A DNA stretch of 64,000 nucleotides from Eledone cirrhosa. Taxonomy: Eukaryota. Of the stretch, positions 11,847-23,419 are shown piece after piece. Within the stretch, counting starts at the first letter, position 1; the number at the start of each line of letters is the position of its first letter. The stretch spans positions 237,150,001 to 237,214,000 of the forward strand of contig OZ024741.1 of NCBI GenBank assembly GCA_964016885.1, written 5' to 3'. Both the position numbers and the translations under genes were made by a program. Below the pieces are notes generated by a model. It had not been told where the DNA came from and did not search any database. It saw nothing but the letters and a program-made list of their open reading frames with translations.

Positions 11847-13079
11847 ATGCAGTTTCCTCATAGAGAATCCAGAAACTTACATCTGCAGGTGGGTGAACAA
11901 GTATTTCCTGAGACAATCAGCCAAGAACAACACCAGCGGCAACAACCAGCACACCAACATCATCATCACCACCATCATCAACAACAACAACAGCAGCAGC
12001 AGCAGCAACAACATCATCACCACCACCACCAACAACATCAACAACACAGTCACTACAGTAATCAACAAAGCCATTACAACAACCCGAAGGTTAACTATAA
12101 TGGTACTTCAGTGAAAGACTCTAGTGATAAAAGAAATAAGAGACCTGCACATTCTGGCATGGCACCCTCAGCTAGTAAAGACCCAGTTTCTTCATCAGGG
12201 ACATCACACTCTCAAAATCTTTTCTTGCAATCACACATGGCTGTTAAGAAAAACTCAATCTGTACCACACCAAGCAGCAGCAGCACCACCAATAATAACA
12301 GCAACAACAATAGCACAGGTGGTGGAAATAAAAGCAGTGGCAGCTTGAAACTGAACCTGAATACCCACAGCCACTACAATATAAACAGCAACACTCTCAG
12401 TAACAGTGTCCTCAATGCTAGTGTCTTTAATTCAAAGCCGTCGTTTACAATGCAGAAATCTCAACAACAATCACAACGGCCTCAACAGCAGCAAAGGCCT
12501 CAGCAACAAGAACAAGACCAAGACCAAGATCAACAACAGCAACAGCAGCAATCCTACACAAAATATTCCCCTGAAAAACCATTTCATTGTAACATCTGTG
12601 GCAATCCATTCTTACGTCGTCGAACAATGGAAGTACATGAGAGAACTCACAGTGGTATACGACCATTTGCCTGCAGCTTGTGCTCTCGTCGGTTCTTCCA
12701 GAAAGACAAGTTAATCATTCATGAAAGAACTCACACAGGAGAGAGGCCATTTAGCTGTGTGTTCTGCTCAAAACGCTTTGCTCGCAAGGACACCCTCAAC
12801 ATCCATATAAGGATCCACACAGGGGAAAGGCCATATGTGTGTAGTTATTGTTCGAAAGGTTTCTCTCAGAAAGACAAATTACAGATTCATGAACGAACAC
12901 ATTCTGGTGTCAAACCTTACCATTGTTCTATTTGTGAGAAGCTGTTTGCACGAAAGGATGCACTAAATGTACATCTGCGAACACACACCGGAGAGAAGCC
13001 TCACCGCTGTGAATTCTGTGGGAAACAGTTCTCACAGAGAGACAAACTAATGCTGCACAAACAATCACATTCTACTTAA
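11847..13079 (+). CDS. C2H2 zinc-finger transcription factor, 410 aa, 6 C-terminal fingers, polyQ/polyH N-terminus
   Basis: Uninterrupted ORF with six CxxC-12-HxxxH fingers joined by TGERP/TGEKP/SGxxP linkers; low-complexity Q/H/S/N N-terminus. Confidence 0.93.
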   Translation: MQFPHRESRNLHLQVGEQVFPETISQEQHQRQQPAHQHHHHHHHQQQQQQQQQQQHHHHHHQQHQQHSHYSNQQSHYNNPKVNYNGTSVKDSSDKRNKRPAHSGMAPSASKDPVSSSGTSHSQNLFLQSHMAVKKNSICTTPSSSSTTNNNSNNNSTGGGNKSSGSLKLNLNTHSHYNINSNTLSNSVLNASVFNSKPSFTMQKSQQQSQRPQQQQRPQQQEQDQDQDQQQQQQQSYTKYSPEKPFHCNICGNPFLRRRTMEVHERTHSGIRPFACSLCSRRFFQKDKLIIHERTHTGERPFSCVFCSKRFARKDTLNIHIRIHTGERPYVCSYCSKGFSQKDKLQIHERTHSGVKPYHCSICEKLFARKDALNVHLRTHTGEKPHRCEFCGKQFSQRDKLMLHKQSHST

Positions 13080-13569
13080 TATTCCACCTATTGCTGACTC
13101 ATTTCATTTTCATATCTATTTCATTTTAACCAGTAACATAATCTATGTAAATATATATTTCTGTGTGTGTGTATCTGTATATGTGTATGTTTGTACACAT
13201 ATATATATATATGTGTATGTGTACATATGTACCTATATATATATGTGTGCATGTATATATATATATATATATTATAAACCCTTGTTTTAACAGACTCCAG
13301 TTCACTGGATTTTGGACAATACTGTACTACCACTATGGTCATGGCAAAATACTCTTCACCTACTCCCCCAAAACTGGAGTAAAAATTACATATTCCTTAT
13401 TATAATTGAATAATTTTATATTTTGCACTCATGTACATTGTATTAAAGCTTTTTTTTTACATCAAAAAGAATAAAATGACCCCTATATTATCTTCGATAT
13501 AACAGACTTTCAGCATTAATGGACACACCTTATCCTATTTTAATTAGTCCATCAAATCAAATGTTTAAT

Positions 13570-14240
13570 TTATAATCTGGCAATTTGGGATCTGTGGAAG
13601 GCTCTGCTATCTGATGGGTACTAAGAAAGCAAGATGTAGAAAACAGCTTGGTTAGGAAGCCATGTATAGAGTTAAACCCAGCAAGAGGCAAGTTGGCAAT
13701 GAGTAGTCATGAATTTGAAGTGCTAGTGGAGGTTCAGCGGGGCTCAGTCATCTGTTCACTTGTATTTATCATTGTCCTTCAGATTATAATAGAGGAGTTT
13801 AAGACTGGAACTCCATGAAAACTTCTGTAATCAGAAGATCTAGTCCTTATAGTTAAATCTGTGGATAATTTGAGGCAAAATTCCAAACTTGGAAGAAAAA
13901 TCCAGAATTGAAATGTCCAAAAGTAAACAATTCTTAAGTCAGAAAGAGGACAGAATTGGTACAGTCAAGTAAGCGGCCTCGTTGAAAAGTGGTAGGCAGA
14001 AATTCTGTAAGGTGCACACTAATCTATGGATGCTTAAGAGATGTAGTGGGATTACAGACAGGTTAATGGAGAAGATAGGCTTTGTCTGTGGCAAATGCAG
14101 AGGAGAAGTAAGCATTAAGAGTCCAAGTGAAATATATTTCCTCAGTTGCTAGGGAGGCTCCTTAGAAGTTGTTGACAGTTTTTGTTACTTAGGTGATCTA
14201 ATCAGCAGTTGGGGAGGGTGCTCTGAAAGTGTGATAGCCA
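13570..14240 (+). mobile_element. Degenerate RTE RT/PHD-region fragment
   Basis: Decayed GSVICSLVFIIVLQ..EEFKTG, WMLKRCSGITDRL and EVVDSFCYLGDLISS..GCSES motifs. Confidence 0.75.
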
Positions 14241-15029
14241 TGTGTGTCAATCTCTAGTGTTGGTGACACAATAAAATGCATTTAGTACACTATAAAGGGC
14301 ATCAAACCATAAAAATCTTGCCAATGCAAATGGTTGAGAACCTTTCAGTTGCATAAAAAACATGACAACCTTCTTGGCGCTGGTGCCACAATATATACAT
14401 GGTGCGCTCTGTAGAGTGAGAATGTATGTAAGCAAGATGCAACCCCTGTCTGTCTGAGAGGTCAGTAGTGTCTAATCCTTGCTATTAGGGAAATTAGAGG
14501 TTAAATTATGCCGATATAGGATTATGGGTTCACACTAGTGTGAATTGCAATGAAGTAAAGTAAAATAACATATATTCAAAATTGCTACACAAAGTTTGTT
14601 GTTCAAATGAGACCTGGTCCTCTGATCTATCTTGAGTGCAATAGTACCAAATAAGAACTGATTCAGACGGTGGTAACTCAACCGCTCATGTCAGCATGAA
14701 AAAATGTGAAATGATGCTGATGATAAAGTTGCTTAATTATATTATTTCGATGGGATTAAAGTGTTGGATTACTGTCTACATGACCATAAGTTTATAACTT
14801 ATTAAGTTAAGGTATATAACTCTGCTTACTCTATTCAGTTTATGAGAAGGACTGTTTGAACCTCCAGAACTCACCACTTCTCATACCACACACACACTGT
14901 TAACATTTCCTTTTATTTTACCAATACTGACCATTATTAGTTTCTTTTCATAAAAAAAAATCTTAACTAAAAATGCTTGACTCTCACCTCTGCAGTTCAG
15001 TGATTAATGGTAGGTGAAGCATATATTCA

Positions 15030-15165
15030 AGAAGGTAGAGCAACTATACACTCAGGTAGGTAGAGCAAATATATACTCAGGTAAGTAGAGAATATAATAT
15101 AGATACTCTAATAGGTAGAGCAGTTGTGCACAATATATATTCTGGTAAGTAGAGTAGTTATGATA
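15030..15165 (+). repeat. About 24-bp short tandem repeat (GGTAGGTAGAGCAAxTATAxACTCA)
   Basis: About 5 imperfect units are visible. Confidence 0.6.
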
Positions 15166-15929
15166 TATACACAAATAGGCAGCGTTGCCGAAGCTGGTGC
15201 GTTCATACAAATTTGGTATGGTTTGCCCTTTGACTTTTCTGTGTGTTTGGTACCTCATCTGGATTTTTTGGTACGTTTTAGAGATTGTACTTGCTTTGCA
15301 AATTTGGCTTAATTGATTTACCATTTATCAGCTATAACACATTTTATTGTGAGAAGCTATCCATTAAATGTATTTGCCCATCAGATCTCACTTGATATCA
15401 ATAACTCTTCTGCGTAGTATTTCAAATCAGTAGCCAACCATCTTGGTAGCTAATTCACTCACAATCGATCAGTGACGTTTTACTTGAATAGATTCCACAG
15501 ATAATATGCAAGGACATCTACCTATAGAGAGATTAAGATGAATTCTTTGAAGACAACTGTATCAGTTCAGTTTAAATGGTTGTGTCACTGTATGCAGTAT
15601 GCTTTGGTGGGGTCATCTTTCAATATCTGAACTATTTTGCTTTTTTGAGAAACATTTTAAACCCATGACAACGTCCATGGTGTTGGTGATATGCATGATC
15701 AATGCATCCAGTACACACTAAATTGGTTGGTGATAGGAAGGGCATCCAGCTGTAGAAATCTTGCTAAATAAAGGGGTGGAAGGACCCTCACCTGTGTCAA
15801 AGGCATGACAACCTCTCCTGTGCTGTTGGTGGAATGTGAGATCATACATAAGTGAGACATAGATGCCTGGGAGATTAATGACAATAAGAAGGATTGTGTT
15901 CAGTGCTCAGGTGCACTACAACTCATCAA

Positions 15930-16395
15930 AAGTGCCTTGACCTTTCCATTACCCTGACTATGATATAAGCTGCAGATCTGATGATCAAATTCCCATGTTT
16001 GGGCAAACATTTTGAACCCATTACTAGTGAATTGAGGATCATTATCTGATACTACAATTTGGGGGATCCTATGTCGCATAAACCTTGCGTGTTTGTGCTG
16101 GGAAGGTAATCAACTTCAAAGAACTTGCTGAAGAAATCTACGATTATCAGATACCGTTTTTGAAGTGAAAAAGATCAATGCCGACTTTTTCCCATGGTCT
16201 CTTCGGTTGTGAATGAATGATCATGGGCTCTTTTTTGCTGATTTTGATCATATAGATGCATTTTGTGATGCATTCTTTCACCTCCGCTATCAGTCGTAGC
16301 CGATAGACAGTGTCTTTAGCTTGTGCAGGGCACACGTTTGTACCGAGTGCAATTTGGAAAGGATCATATGTCTTAAAGATCTGGGAATTATGACA
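15930..16395 (-). mobile_element. Gypsy-type LTR retrotransposon integrase remnant
   Basis: Minus strand: KEPMIIHSQPKRPWEKVGIDLFHF, VDFFSKFFEV, IPQIVVSDNDPQFTS, HSQGNGKV (rve core). Disrupted. Confidence 0.8.
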
Positions 16396-16830
16396 TAGCA
16401 TGAAACCAAACTGAACCTCATCTAATTGACTCTGCCTAATTAACTGTGCTATAACTCTTTCTGTCACTTTCATAACTTGGTCCATTAGTTTTATTCCTCT
16501 ATAGTTGCTCCTTTCTAGAGCATAACCTTTGCCCTTGTAGTAATTTATGATTGTACTGCTGCTCCAGTTATTGGGTATGATGTCCTATATTACCTGACTG
16601 ACTAAGTGTGTTACTAGTTTGACTCCTACTTCTGCCACTGCTTTTAGCATTTCAGCAACTCTGATAGCCCCGCGGTTTTACCATTCTTCATCTCTTTGAT
16701 TGCTTCTTTGACCTTAAAACTGTCAACTTCAATAGCTGGTCCTTCTTCTGGGTAAGATGGGGTAGTTTCTCTTCCTCCCATTCATTCTCTACATTCATCA
16801 ATCTCTCATAGTAACATTTCCAGACCTCTT
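16395..16830 (-). mobile_element. RTE LINE RT-N-terminal fragment
   Basis: YKGKGYALERSNYRGIKLMDQVMKVTERVIAQLIR...DEVQFGFM, homologous to the 53972 ORF. Confidence 0.85.
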
Positions 16831-17419
16831 TCTTTACACACATATACCAATGAAAATAAAATATACAGATAAAGTTTCAAACTCAGAGAAGTAATTAAAC
16901 TTAAACCAAAATCTCAATTTGGATGGGATGTAGGCTAGACCGACTAAAATAAGTCAGTTTTACTCACATAGTTCCCCAACCATGGTTTCTGGAATTGAGA
17001 AGTGATATTAATTATTTGAAAATATTGGAAGAATTTGATTCCATCTTCAGGGAAAGAATTCTTTGGTACAAGAGGAGATATTGAATATAAAGTATAGAGA
17101 CTATATCATTGCTGAAACCCAATGGTGTCGTTGAAACACATTGCATCGTTGAACTACTAAATTAACATATATCTCTTTATATAAATTAGAACAATATGAC
17201 AGGCTTATAGTGACGCTATAAATAATAGCAAAAAAAATGTTCAAATTCTCTACAATGAAGGAGTAACTAATGTCAACAAATAGGTTATTTGACTCTAATA
17301 TCTCAATGAAAGGATAAAATATACAGATGAATTATCAAACTCAAAGAAATAATTAAACATATTAAACTTTAGCTAAAATCTGCTGTATTGTCTTAATATA
17401 TATGGAGAGAAACATGTTC

Positions 17420-19320
17420 ATTTGCATCTGATCCATCTTATGCCCAATTTCTCTCTCATTTCATTTATGCTTTGCCATTCATGAATATTACTGTTACACA
17501 TCCATCGAAGCACACAAGCTTCATTTCTTTCCAATCTTCACAGTGCCCATTTGCATACATACATTTTGTAGTTAACAGCAGTAGTAGCTCCCTGAATTTT
17601 CTCCATCCTGTTTTCACTCTAGCAACAGTACTTTCACCCAGGTAACAGTAACTATCAACTACTACAGAGCACTCTGGGCATTTGAAGAAGCTAATATCAT
17701 TGAGCACTTGCTTCTTACTGCATCTGTGCATTGACCACTTATAAAACCTACGTTTTTTTATTGTCTGCCTGTGATCCCACTACATCACTTGTGTGCCCAT
17801 AGTTTGCATTTGGGACATAGGATGGAATTTCTACCTACTCCTTTCCTACAGACTGAACAAGGCCATTCCCCTGAGGAAATCTGGGCCCTGTTTTCCTTAC
17901 TACATCCCATTCAGTAGTCATAGTGGTACTCCCATGCTACTTTCTTTTTCGGCATCAGTGTGCCCAAGTACACCATTATCATCTCGGACATATTTTTCCC
18001 CATCAACATCACAATTTTCTGACAGAGTGCCTCGCAATCCTGAACACCTCACACCTTTGATACTCAAATTGCAAATCATGTTTAAATTTCTTATTTTCTG
18101 ATTCCCTTCTTGCAAAGTATACTTCTCATCTAGCTTTTCTCCTAGCATCCTAGCAGTGCTCTCCATGCCTGTCTTTTGGCCTTAATTGTATCATCCACCC
18201 TACTATTACACCACCAAGTCACTCTCAAAGTTTATCTAGGGACCTGCTCCAACCACAGATTTCGTTTGTTGCCTTCAGTAAGTTATCTTTAAAGAACTCC
18301 CACTGCTCATCTATATTGTATGTCTCTATTTGCTCTTCCTTACTATCAAAAGTGTCAAGCAACATACCTCCAAATTTGTTACCGGCTGTGAGGTCCTTTA
18401 ACTTCCACATTCTTCTCCTCCAGGTTGTTCTCTGTCATCAATTTCATCTAGCCCTAACTACAAGGTTATTAACAACTAGATTATGCTGGGAGGCGCATTC
18501 TTCACCAAGGAGCAACTTTGTATTTACAAATGTCACTCTATCCTGTCTTCTGGTGAGGATAAAATTTATCTAGATGATGGTATGCTCACCTGATCTATAG
18601 GCGATCAAGTGATTGTCTGTTGTTTTTTAAGCTTAAGTTACAGTTAGATAGATCATTGGCGTCACAGAATTATAGAAGCCTGAAAATTTCCTTATTTCTA
18701 GCACTAAACCCATAACCTGACAGTCCACCTGACAGTCACGATTGAGGTGCATATGCAGATATAATTGTTACAGTTGTACTAGTCTAAGTTTAACGAAACT
18801 ATCATTCACTCTATTTACAGCGATTACCTTGTCTACCCATTTTTCTGCTACCATAATCCCTACTCCATGCAGCCCGTTGTCATTCCCACCCAGAAAAAAA
18901 TTGTAGCATCGTTTTTTGCCCACAAGGAATCTAGCTAACATTCCCCTCCATCTAGTCTCTTGAACACAACACACATCAATTTTATTTCATTCAAATATCT
19001 CTACAATCTCTCCTAATCTTCTTTTCATCATGCCTATGTTGATGGTGCCAGCTCTGAAGTTATGGAATTCACCAGAAGAAGGAGATGTAGAAGATGAAAA
19101 CTTGAGAGTGGGGAGTGGAAGATGGATTGGTGTTGATTTACCATGTCTGAAATAGAAAAGAATGTTCACATGGTTGTCCAGAGACGAATGGTGGGTTCAT
19201 ATTCATCTTTAGGAATGCTCCAGCTTTGTATTCCATTTGCCATACAAAACAATGGTGATGTGTGAGGTGGGAGGGCAAATGGGAGATGAAGCCGACAGGA
19301 AAAAAGTACAAAAGGAACAA
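17420..19320 (-). mobile_element. Old fragmented RTE LINE with 5' region, AP endonuclease and C-terminal pieces
   Basis: FRAGTINIGMM, CCVQETRWRG, WKLKDLT...EEQIETYNIDEQWEF, ENCDVDGEKYVRDDNG, ARVKTGWRKFRELL. Confidence 0.85.
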
Positions 19321-19385
19321 GTTTTAAGACCTGAAAAGTAAGTGGGAAAATGGAGATAGTTAGCTGGAAGAAAACAAGTTTTTAA

Positions 19386-19939
19386 CTCTAGCATTTACAT
19401 TACTCTATATTTACTATTGTATTTTCACAGTAAACACTTTACTTCACATAATATCAAATATGGAGGCATATGGTATAGGGGTTAGAGCATTGGCCTTGCA
19501 ATCAAAAGGTTGTGAGTTCAATTCTCAGACCGGGTGATGTGTTGTTTCCTTGAGCAAGACACTTTATTTCACATTGCTCCAGTTTACTCAGCTGTAGAAA
19601 TGAGATGATAGGGACTGGGTCCATATCATTCTACTGTAAAGTGGTCATGGAGGTGCCATGGCAAAAAAGCTCCCAGCACTCACTGTAAATGAGGTTGGTG
19701 TTAGGAAGGGCATCCAGCTGTAGAAATCAAGCCAGAATCAGTTCCCGTCCCACCCTTGCAAGCAGGGAAAAAGCGGACGTAAAATGAAATGATGAAATGA
19801 ATATCAAAGTTACGGGATTTTGATATTATTTATTTTGAGAACAATTCCATAACATTGGTATGAGCAGCTGGTTACAGCCAGTTTGAACAGAAAGATGAGA
19901 GAGTTCTGGCCGGATATGGCTGGTTTAAATGCTAAAGGG
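19386..19939. mobile_element. piggyBac-like TTAA MITE interrupted by a SINE A insertion
   Basis: TTAA at 19382 and 19940, termini CTCTAGCATTTA / TAAATGCTAAAGGG. The same element in opposite orientation is at 61231-61604. Confidence 0.7.
19462..19800 (+). mobile_element. SINE family A: tRNA head, CORE-like domain, RTE-derived tail; full length with TSD
   Basis: B box GAGTTCAATTC, CORE-like CCTTGAGCAAGACACTT...CAGCTGTAGAAATGAG, RTE-like tail. TSD AATATCAAA at 19450-19458 and 19800-19808. Confidence 0.9.
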
Positions 19940-19954
19940 TTAACATTCTTGATA

Positions 19955-20141
19955 AATAATTGTTTCTACTTTAGGCACAAGGCCAGCAATTACCCAGTGC
20001 ATTACTGGTACTTTATTTTATCGACCCCGTAAGGATGAAAGGCAAAGTAAACCTCGGGGGGATTTGAACTCAGAACGTAAAGGGACGTAACTATGCTGGA
20101 AAGCATGGCGTCCGACTCTCTACCGATACTGCCAATCCACC
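19955..20141 (-). mobile_element. SINE family B
   Basis: Near-identical to the 63671-63861 copy. Confidence 0.85.
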
Positions 20142-20464
20142 AACGAGTGAAAAATAGGGTTCTATATCATCTTCCTTAAATTTATAAGCATATATGAAGT
20201 GAGAGAATGCATGAGGGATTTCGTTTTTTCTCTAGGAAATTCTAACTCAGGATGAAAGAGAAATGAAGAGAAAAAATTAAGGCCAACATGGAAAATAAAA
20301 CCAGAGATTCAAGCTATGAGGCCTGAGGACTAATGTGGGAAGAAAACAAGTGTTTTACATACTTGATGAATGATACATACATTCATAAATACAAATTTAA
20401 TAAATGTCTGCATTTATTGCGGTGCCCCTATAATTGATCCCTTTATATATATATATATCTATCT

Positions 20465-20835
20465 ATCTATCTAAGACGGGTAAAATTCCCGAGATCCATG
20501 GACGAGTTCTCTCCAGCGGTCTCTGTCCCTAATTATCGCTGCCATATCCTGCATCTCCAACAGACCAGTGTCTGTCCTTAGGGCATCAACATATGTTAAC
20601 CTTGGTCTTCCTCTTCTAGTGTGTCCATGTAGGGGCTCCCAAAGGAGCACTGAGTGCAATGTCAACTCTGGATGTCGGTGAGCATGTCTAGCCAACCTCA
20701 GTCTTCTCTGTGTCACTTTTGAGCTGACTTTTGGGATGCTCCCATACAGCTCTGAGTTTTTCATCCTCAGTGTATACTGATTAATGTTCAGAGCCATCCT
20801 CAGCATTCTCGTGTAGCACCCATCCACCATCTGAG
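20465..20835 (-). mobile_element. 5'-truncated RTE LINE 3' end
   Basis: VDGCYTRMLRMALNI...RRLRLARHAHRHPE...LLWEP.HG..RRGRPRLTYVD, the same clade as the 23.4-25.2 kb element; flanked by (TA)n. Confidence 0.85.
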
Positions 20836-21029
20836 TATATATATATATAGAGAGAGAGATAAAAGCACCCAGTCTACACAGTAAATGTGGTTTGTCAGGA
20901 AGGGCATCCAACCATAGAAACCAAGCCAGAAACAGTTCTCTATGAGCAAAACATGGTCATCTGATCTGACTTGTCTCATAATGGGACATCTCGCCTAACT
21001 CGTGCTAGTGTGGAAAATGGACGTCAAAC

Positions 21030-21452
21030 AGTTACCAGGAAGACCTGGGATGAAGTGATAAAAGCTGACCTTGCACACTTGCGCCTTTCAAAGTCAATGA
21101 CACAGGATCAAGATCTTTGGCGTTATGCACTAATACAGAAGACCTGCCTTCCCTTGCACAGACGCAAACTTACACCCAGTAGGCACCACTATACCCCCCC
21201 CTCCATACTCTGCAAAGTGATGTTGGTATCACAAAAACATCCAGACCACACTGTAAAGTGGTCATGTAGGAGACACAGCAAACAGTGCCTAGCACACACT
21301 GTAAATGTAGTTGGCATTAGGAAAGGCATCTAGCGAGAAACAATCCTATATGAGCAAGACATGGTTACCTGACCGAACTTGCCTCTAATGGGATAAACCC
21401 GTCTAATACATGCTAGCATGAAAAATAGACATTAAACGATGGTGATGGTGAT
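21030..21452 (+). mobile_element. RTE 3' end with 3' UTR
   Basis: RKTWDEVIKADLAHLRLSKSMTQDQDLWRY followed by repeated CACTGTAAAGTGG units and an (ATG)n-like tail. Confidence 0.8.
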
Positions 21453-22191
21453 AATATATATACAAATATACACATACATATATACATGATATATATATAT
21501 ATCACCATCATCATTATCATTTAACATCTGCTAGCAAGGGTTGGATGGGTCTACATAGACGAAGTCAGTACTGAAGTGGAGCTACTGACCTCCCAGACAG
21601 GCCATGGGGTCTAAATCCCACTTACATATGGTCATATTGAGTGCAGAGGAGAAACTGTTGTGTTGTTTGGCAAGCTTTCAACAGCTGGATACCTTTCCTA
21701 ACACCAACCACTTTACAGCGCACACAGGGTCTTTTATTGTATAGATCACCAGCACTAGAGAGGCTGTCATGTCATTGACACAACTAATGGCTCCTCCCAA
21801 CCCTTTGTTTGGCAAACTTTCTACAGCATGTACTGGGTGTATTTATTGTGTAGATCACCAACACTGGAGAAGCTGTGTCTTTGACACAACTAAAGGGTCC
21901 TCTCAACCCTTTTAGGCATGGTTTCTCCTATTGTCAACTACCCTTACAGAGTGTAGCAGATGCATTTTCGTGGCACCATCAGTAGAGAGGTTGTTAGTCA
22001 TAGAGCTAACTGTTGAGCCCTTTCAGCTCTGGGGAGGGGGACAATAGGGGAAGGGGATAGGTATGAAGTTATAGGTGTTTATTGGGTTTTAGCAGGGTAG
22101 TGGTAGCTGATTAGTGTATGGGGATGTAGTGGTGTGAGGGATGTGGTCAATATGGTGGGGGTGGAGGTATGATGTGGTGATAGTTAGGTGT

Positions 22192-22527
22192 ATCATCATT
22201 TCATCATCATCATCATTTCATTTTACGTCCGCTTTTCCCTGCTTGCAAGGGTGGGACGGGAACTGATTCTGGCTTGATTTCTACAGCTGGATGCCCTTCC
22301 TAACACCAACCTCATTTACAGTGAGTGCTGGGTGCTTTTTTGCCGTGGCACCTCCACGACCACTTTGCAGTGGAATGATAGGGACCCCAGTCCCTATCAT
22401 CTCATTTCTACAGCTGAGTAAACTGGAGCAATGTGAAATAAAGTGTCTTGCTCAAGGAAACAACACATCACCCGGTCTGAGAATCGAACTCACAACCTTT
22501 CGATTGCAAGGCCAATGCTCTAACCAC
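22192..22527 (-). mobile_element. SINE family A
   Basis: Reverse complement of 19462-19800. Confidence 0.9.
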
Positions 22528-23419
22528 TTTTTAATCCAGCAACAAAAAACAACACCTTACCCACAGGCATTGACAATACCTCAACATAGTACATATCAGC
22601 ACAGGTGACAAGAGAACCATGACTGCTTCTAACTATACTACATGTCCTGAAGTGACAAACTATGATGTGGAAGTATTTCATTGGTGACAAATATGCATGA
22701 CACTCCAATAGCTGCAGCAGTGGCCCAATGTCTGTATAGTACCAAGATTTCAGAGTCTTGGTCTGCATTGGCTATAGAGATAGAATGACAGATGAGAAGA
22801 TGACCAATAATTACATAAACTGCATGTTTCACTTCCGAGTTTCCTTCTCTTAAAAGAATGCTGTAACAACAGATTGCAATCCTTCACTTGTAGTGAACTT
22901 TCTGCATGCCTTGAAACCAACCAGGCACAGATGGATTGTCATAATTATGATTTGACATCAGAGTAACACTTCTCAACAGATTGCCACCCAAGACTGATGA
23001 GTTGTCTACCTGGAACAATTGATTTTTAGACATCAGTAACTTGCCTTTGACCCTAAGATTATTATTGCTGAGGTGGGAGTAGACCTGAGAATCTCCTCTA
23101 CACTAATATGCCCAAAAGGGCTTGCATTTCAAATAGTCTCTGACAACTAAAGCCCAGCTCCTGGCCTTCCCATAGTAGAGTTGTTTGGAATATATCATCA
23201 TCATTTAATGTCCATTTTCCATGATAGCATATATATATAGGACCGAGATCTCTGGTGCTATGCAGTATTACAGAAGACCAGACTTCCCACAGACACTGGC
23301 CAAGACTGAAGTATATAGTATACATACACAACATTATATTGTCATCATCCTCAAGACCTATTGTCATGTATCCATCACATCATGTGTATCATCTTATCCA
23401 CTCCATAGGGTACAGTAGC

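Noticed and set aside
11764-12714. Overlapping alternative-frame and antisense ORFs in the zinc-finger gene
   Set aside because: They are by-products of CAN trinucleotide repeats, with no domain signal. The same applies to 28177-28524 and 29353-29755.
15175-15560. Possible DNA transposon remnant starting CAGCGTTGCC
   Set aside because: No matching second terminus or transposase motif could be identified by eye.
19462-19535. tRNA gene
   Set aside because: A and B boxes are present but there is no convincing cloverleaf, and the sequence continues into a SINE body found five times in the window.
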